Origin: Paludibacteraceae bacterium
GTDB taxonomy: Bacteria > Bacteroidota > Bacteroidia > Bacteroidales > Paludibacteraceae
Assembly: GCA_017962085.1 (NCBI GenBank)
Contig: JAGCWA010000033.1
Coordinates: forward strand, 31,264 to 95,263
Length of the DNA stretch: 64,000 nucleotides
Direction: 5' to 3'
The first letter of the stretch is position 1. The number at the start of each line of letters is the position of its first letter. The translations under genes and the position numbers were made by a program. The notes beneath the pieces are model-generated. The model saw nothing but the letters and a program-made list of their open reading frames with translations. It ran no database searches and was not told where the DNA came from. Positions 62,948 to 64,000 of the stretch are shown here, piece after piece.

Positions 62948-64000
62948 AGGAGTCCCCTATATCATACAAAAAATTGCCTAATGGTGTCCGCTTGGTCCAC
63001 TTGCGGGATAGGAGCCCCGTGGCCTACTGCGGCTTTGTCGTGAACGTGGGCACGCGCGACGAGCTTCCGGAGGAGTCCGGCATGGCGCATTTCGTCGAAC
63101 ATCTGCTCTTCAAGGGGACGCGGAAACGCAGGGCTTGGCATATCCTGAATAGGGTGGAGTCTGTCGGGGGCGAATTGAACGCTTACACGACCAAGGAGGA
63201 GACGTTTGTCTACGCCACGGTGCTGACCACCCATTTCGAGCGGGCGATGGAGCTCTGCGCCGATGTGGTCTTCCATTCCACCTTCCCTCAGAAGGAGATG
63301 GACAAGGAGGTGGATGTCATCATCGACGAGATACAGTCCTACAAGGATTCTCCGTCCGAACTGATCTACGACGATTTCGAGAACATGATCTTCTCGGGCT
63401 CCCCGATGGGACGGTATATTTTGGGCGATAAGAAAGCCCTGAAACACTACGTTTCGGAGGATGTCCGCAGGTTCGTGGACCGCACCTATTCGGCGGACAG
63501 GATATTGTTTTTCTCTATCGGCAACATCGATTTCAAACGTATCGAGCGCTGGGCGGAGAAGTATTTCATGGATGTGCCGGTGTTGGCCTCAAACGCCTCC
63601 CGCAGTGCGCTTCCCCTCTACGTGCCGCAACAGAAGCTTATTCGGAAGAACACCTGCCAGTCTCACGTGATGATCGGCACCCGTGCCTTCGACCTGAACG
63701 ATGATAGACGCCTGGCTTTTGGCTTGGTTAACAATATATTGGGTGGAACGGGCATGAACAGCCGGCTGAATCTCCTGCTGAGGGAGCGGAACGGTATGGC
63801 CTATAATGTGGAATCGGTATTTACCCCTTATTCGGACACGGGCATCTTCTCCGTCTATTTCGGTACGGACGAGAAGAACCGGGAGAAGTGCACCGCCCTT
63901 GTGATGGAGGAGCTGAAGCGGATGCGCACCGAACTGATACCGCCTCGTAAACTGCTCCAACTGAAGCGTCAGTGGCTGGGGCAATTGGCGATCGCGCAGG
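62944..64000 (+). CDS. M16-family (pitrilysin/insulinase-like) zinc peptidase, 3'-truncated by the window edge
   Basis: Not in the ORF track because there is no stop in the window. ATG 62944 overlaps the DUF3109 stop (ATGA). The translation MKESPISYKKLPNGVRLVHL...GMAHFVEHLLFKGT carries the inverted HxxEH zinc motif. The frame is open to 64000. Confidence 0.88.
   Translation, partial: MKESPISYKKLPNGVRLVHLRDRSPVAYCGFVVNVGTRDELPEESGMAHFVEHLLFKGTRKRRAWHILNRVESVGGELNAYTTKEETFVYATVLTTHFERAMELCADVVFHSTFPQKEMDKEVDVIIDEIQSYKDSPSELIYDDFENMIFSGSPMGRYILGDKKALKHYVSEDVRRFVDRTYSADRILFFSIGNIDFKRIERWAEKYFMDVPVLASNASRSALPLYVPQQKLIRKNTCQSHVMIGTRAFDLNDDRRLAFGLVNNILGGTGMNSRLNLLLRERNGMAYNVESVFTPYSDTGIFSVYFGTDEKNREKCTALVMEELKRMRTELIPPRKLLQLKRQWLGQLAIAQ

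Overview
This window looks like a Bacteroidota (Bacteroidales-like) chromosomal segment. Support: T9SS C-terminal sorting domains, TAnnTTTG -7 promoter boxes, and dnaE followed by trxA. All family calls come from motif recognition by eye; no database search was run. About 46% of the window (1-29639, minus strand) is two tandem, paralogous giant surface-adhesin genes. One is a complete 25.3-kb ORF (8426 aa) with a signal peptide, a roughly 475-aa head, an estimated ~100 Cys-bracketed Ig-like repeats, and a T9SS type-B (gliding-motility/CHU_C-like) C-terminal domain. The other is a paralog whose N-terminus starts at 4007 and runs off the left edge; it is missing from the supplied ORF track. The rest is mostly housekeeping: a PfkB kinase, dnaE, trxA, a Sir2-family deacylase, prs, an SNF2 helicase, an MBL hydrolase, a DUF3109 protein, an M16 peptidase, two identical tRNA-Asn(GTT) genes in inverted orientation, and tRNA-Asp(GTC). 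Envelope-related accessory genes are interleaved with these. They include a 1763-aa T9SS-sorted protein built of four head-plus-26-aa-repeat modules, a translationally coupled GH3-like adenylating enzyme and HAD hydrolase, and a hexapeptide O-acetyltransferase. There is also an SGNH-SGNH-MBOAT O-acylation operon, a small T9SS-CTD protein coupled to a beta-helix protein, an orphan vsr, and an acyltransferase with an SGNH lipoprotein. No transposase, integrase, CRISPR array, rRNA or recognisable defence island was seen. The strongest leads are the tandem giant adhesins with their 3-domain super-repeat, the four-module repeat protein, and the uncharacterised envelope-acylation neighbourhood at 42.7-51.3 kb.
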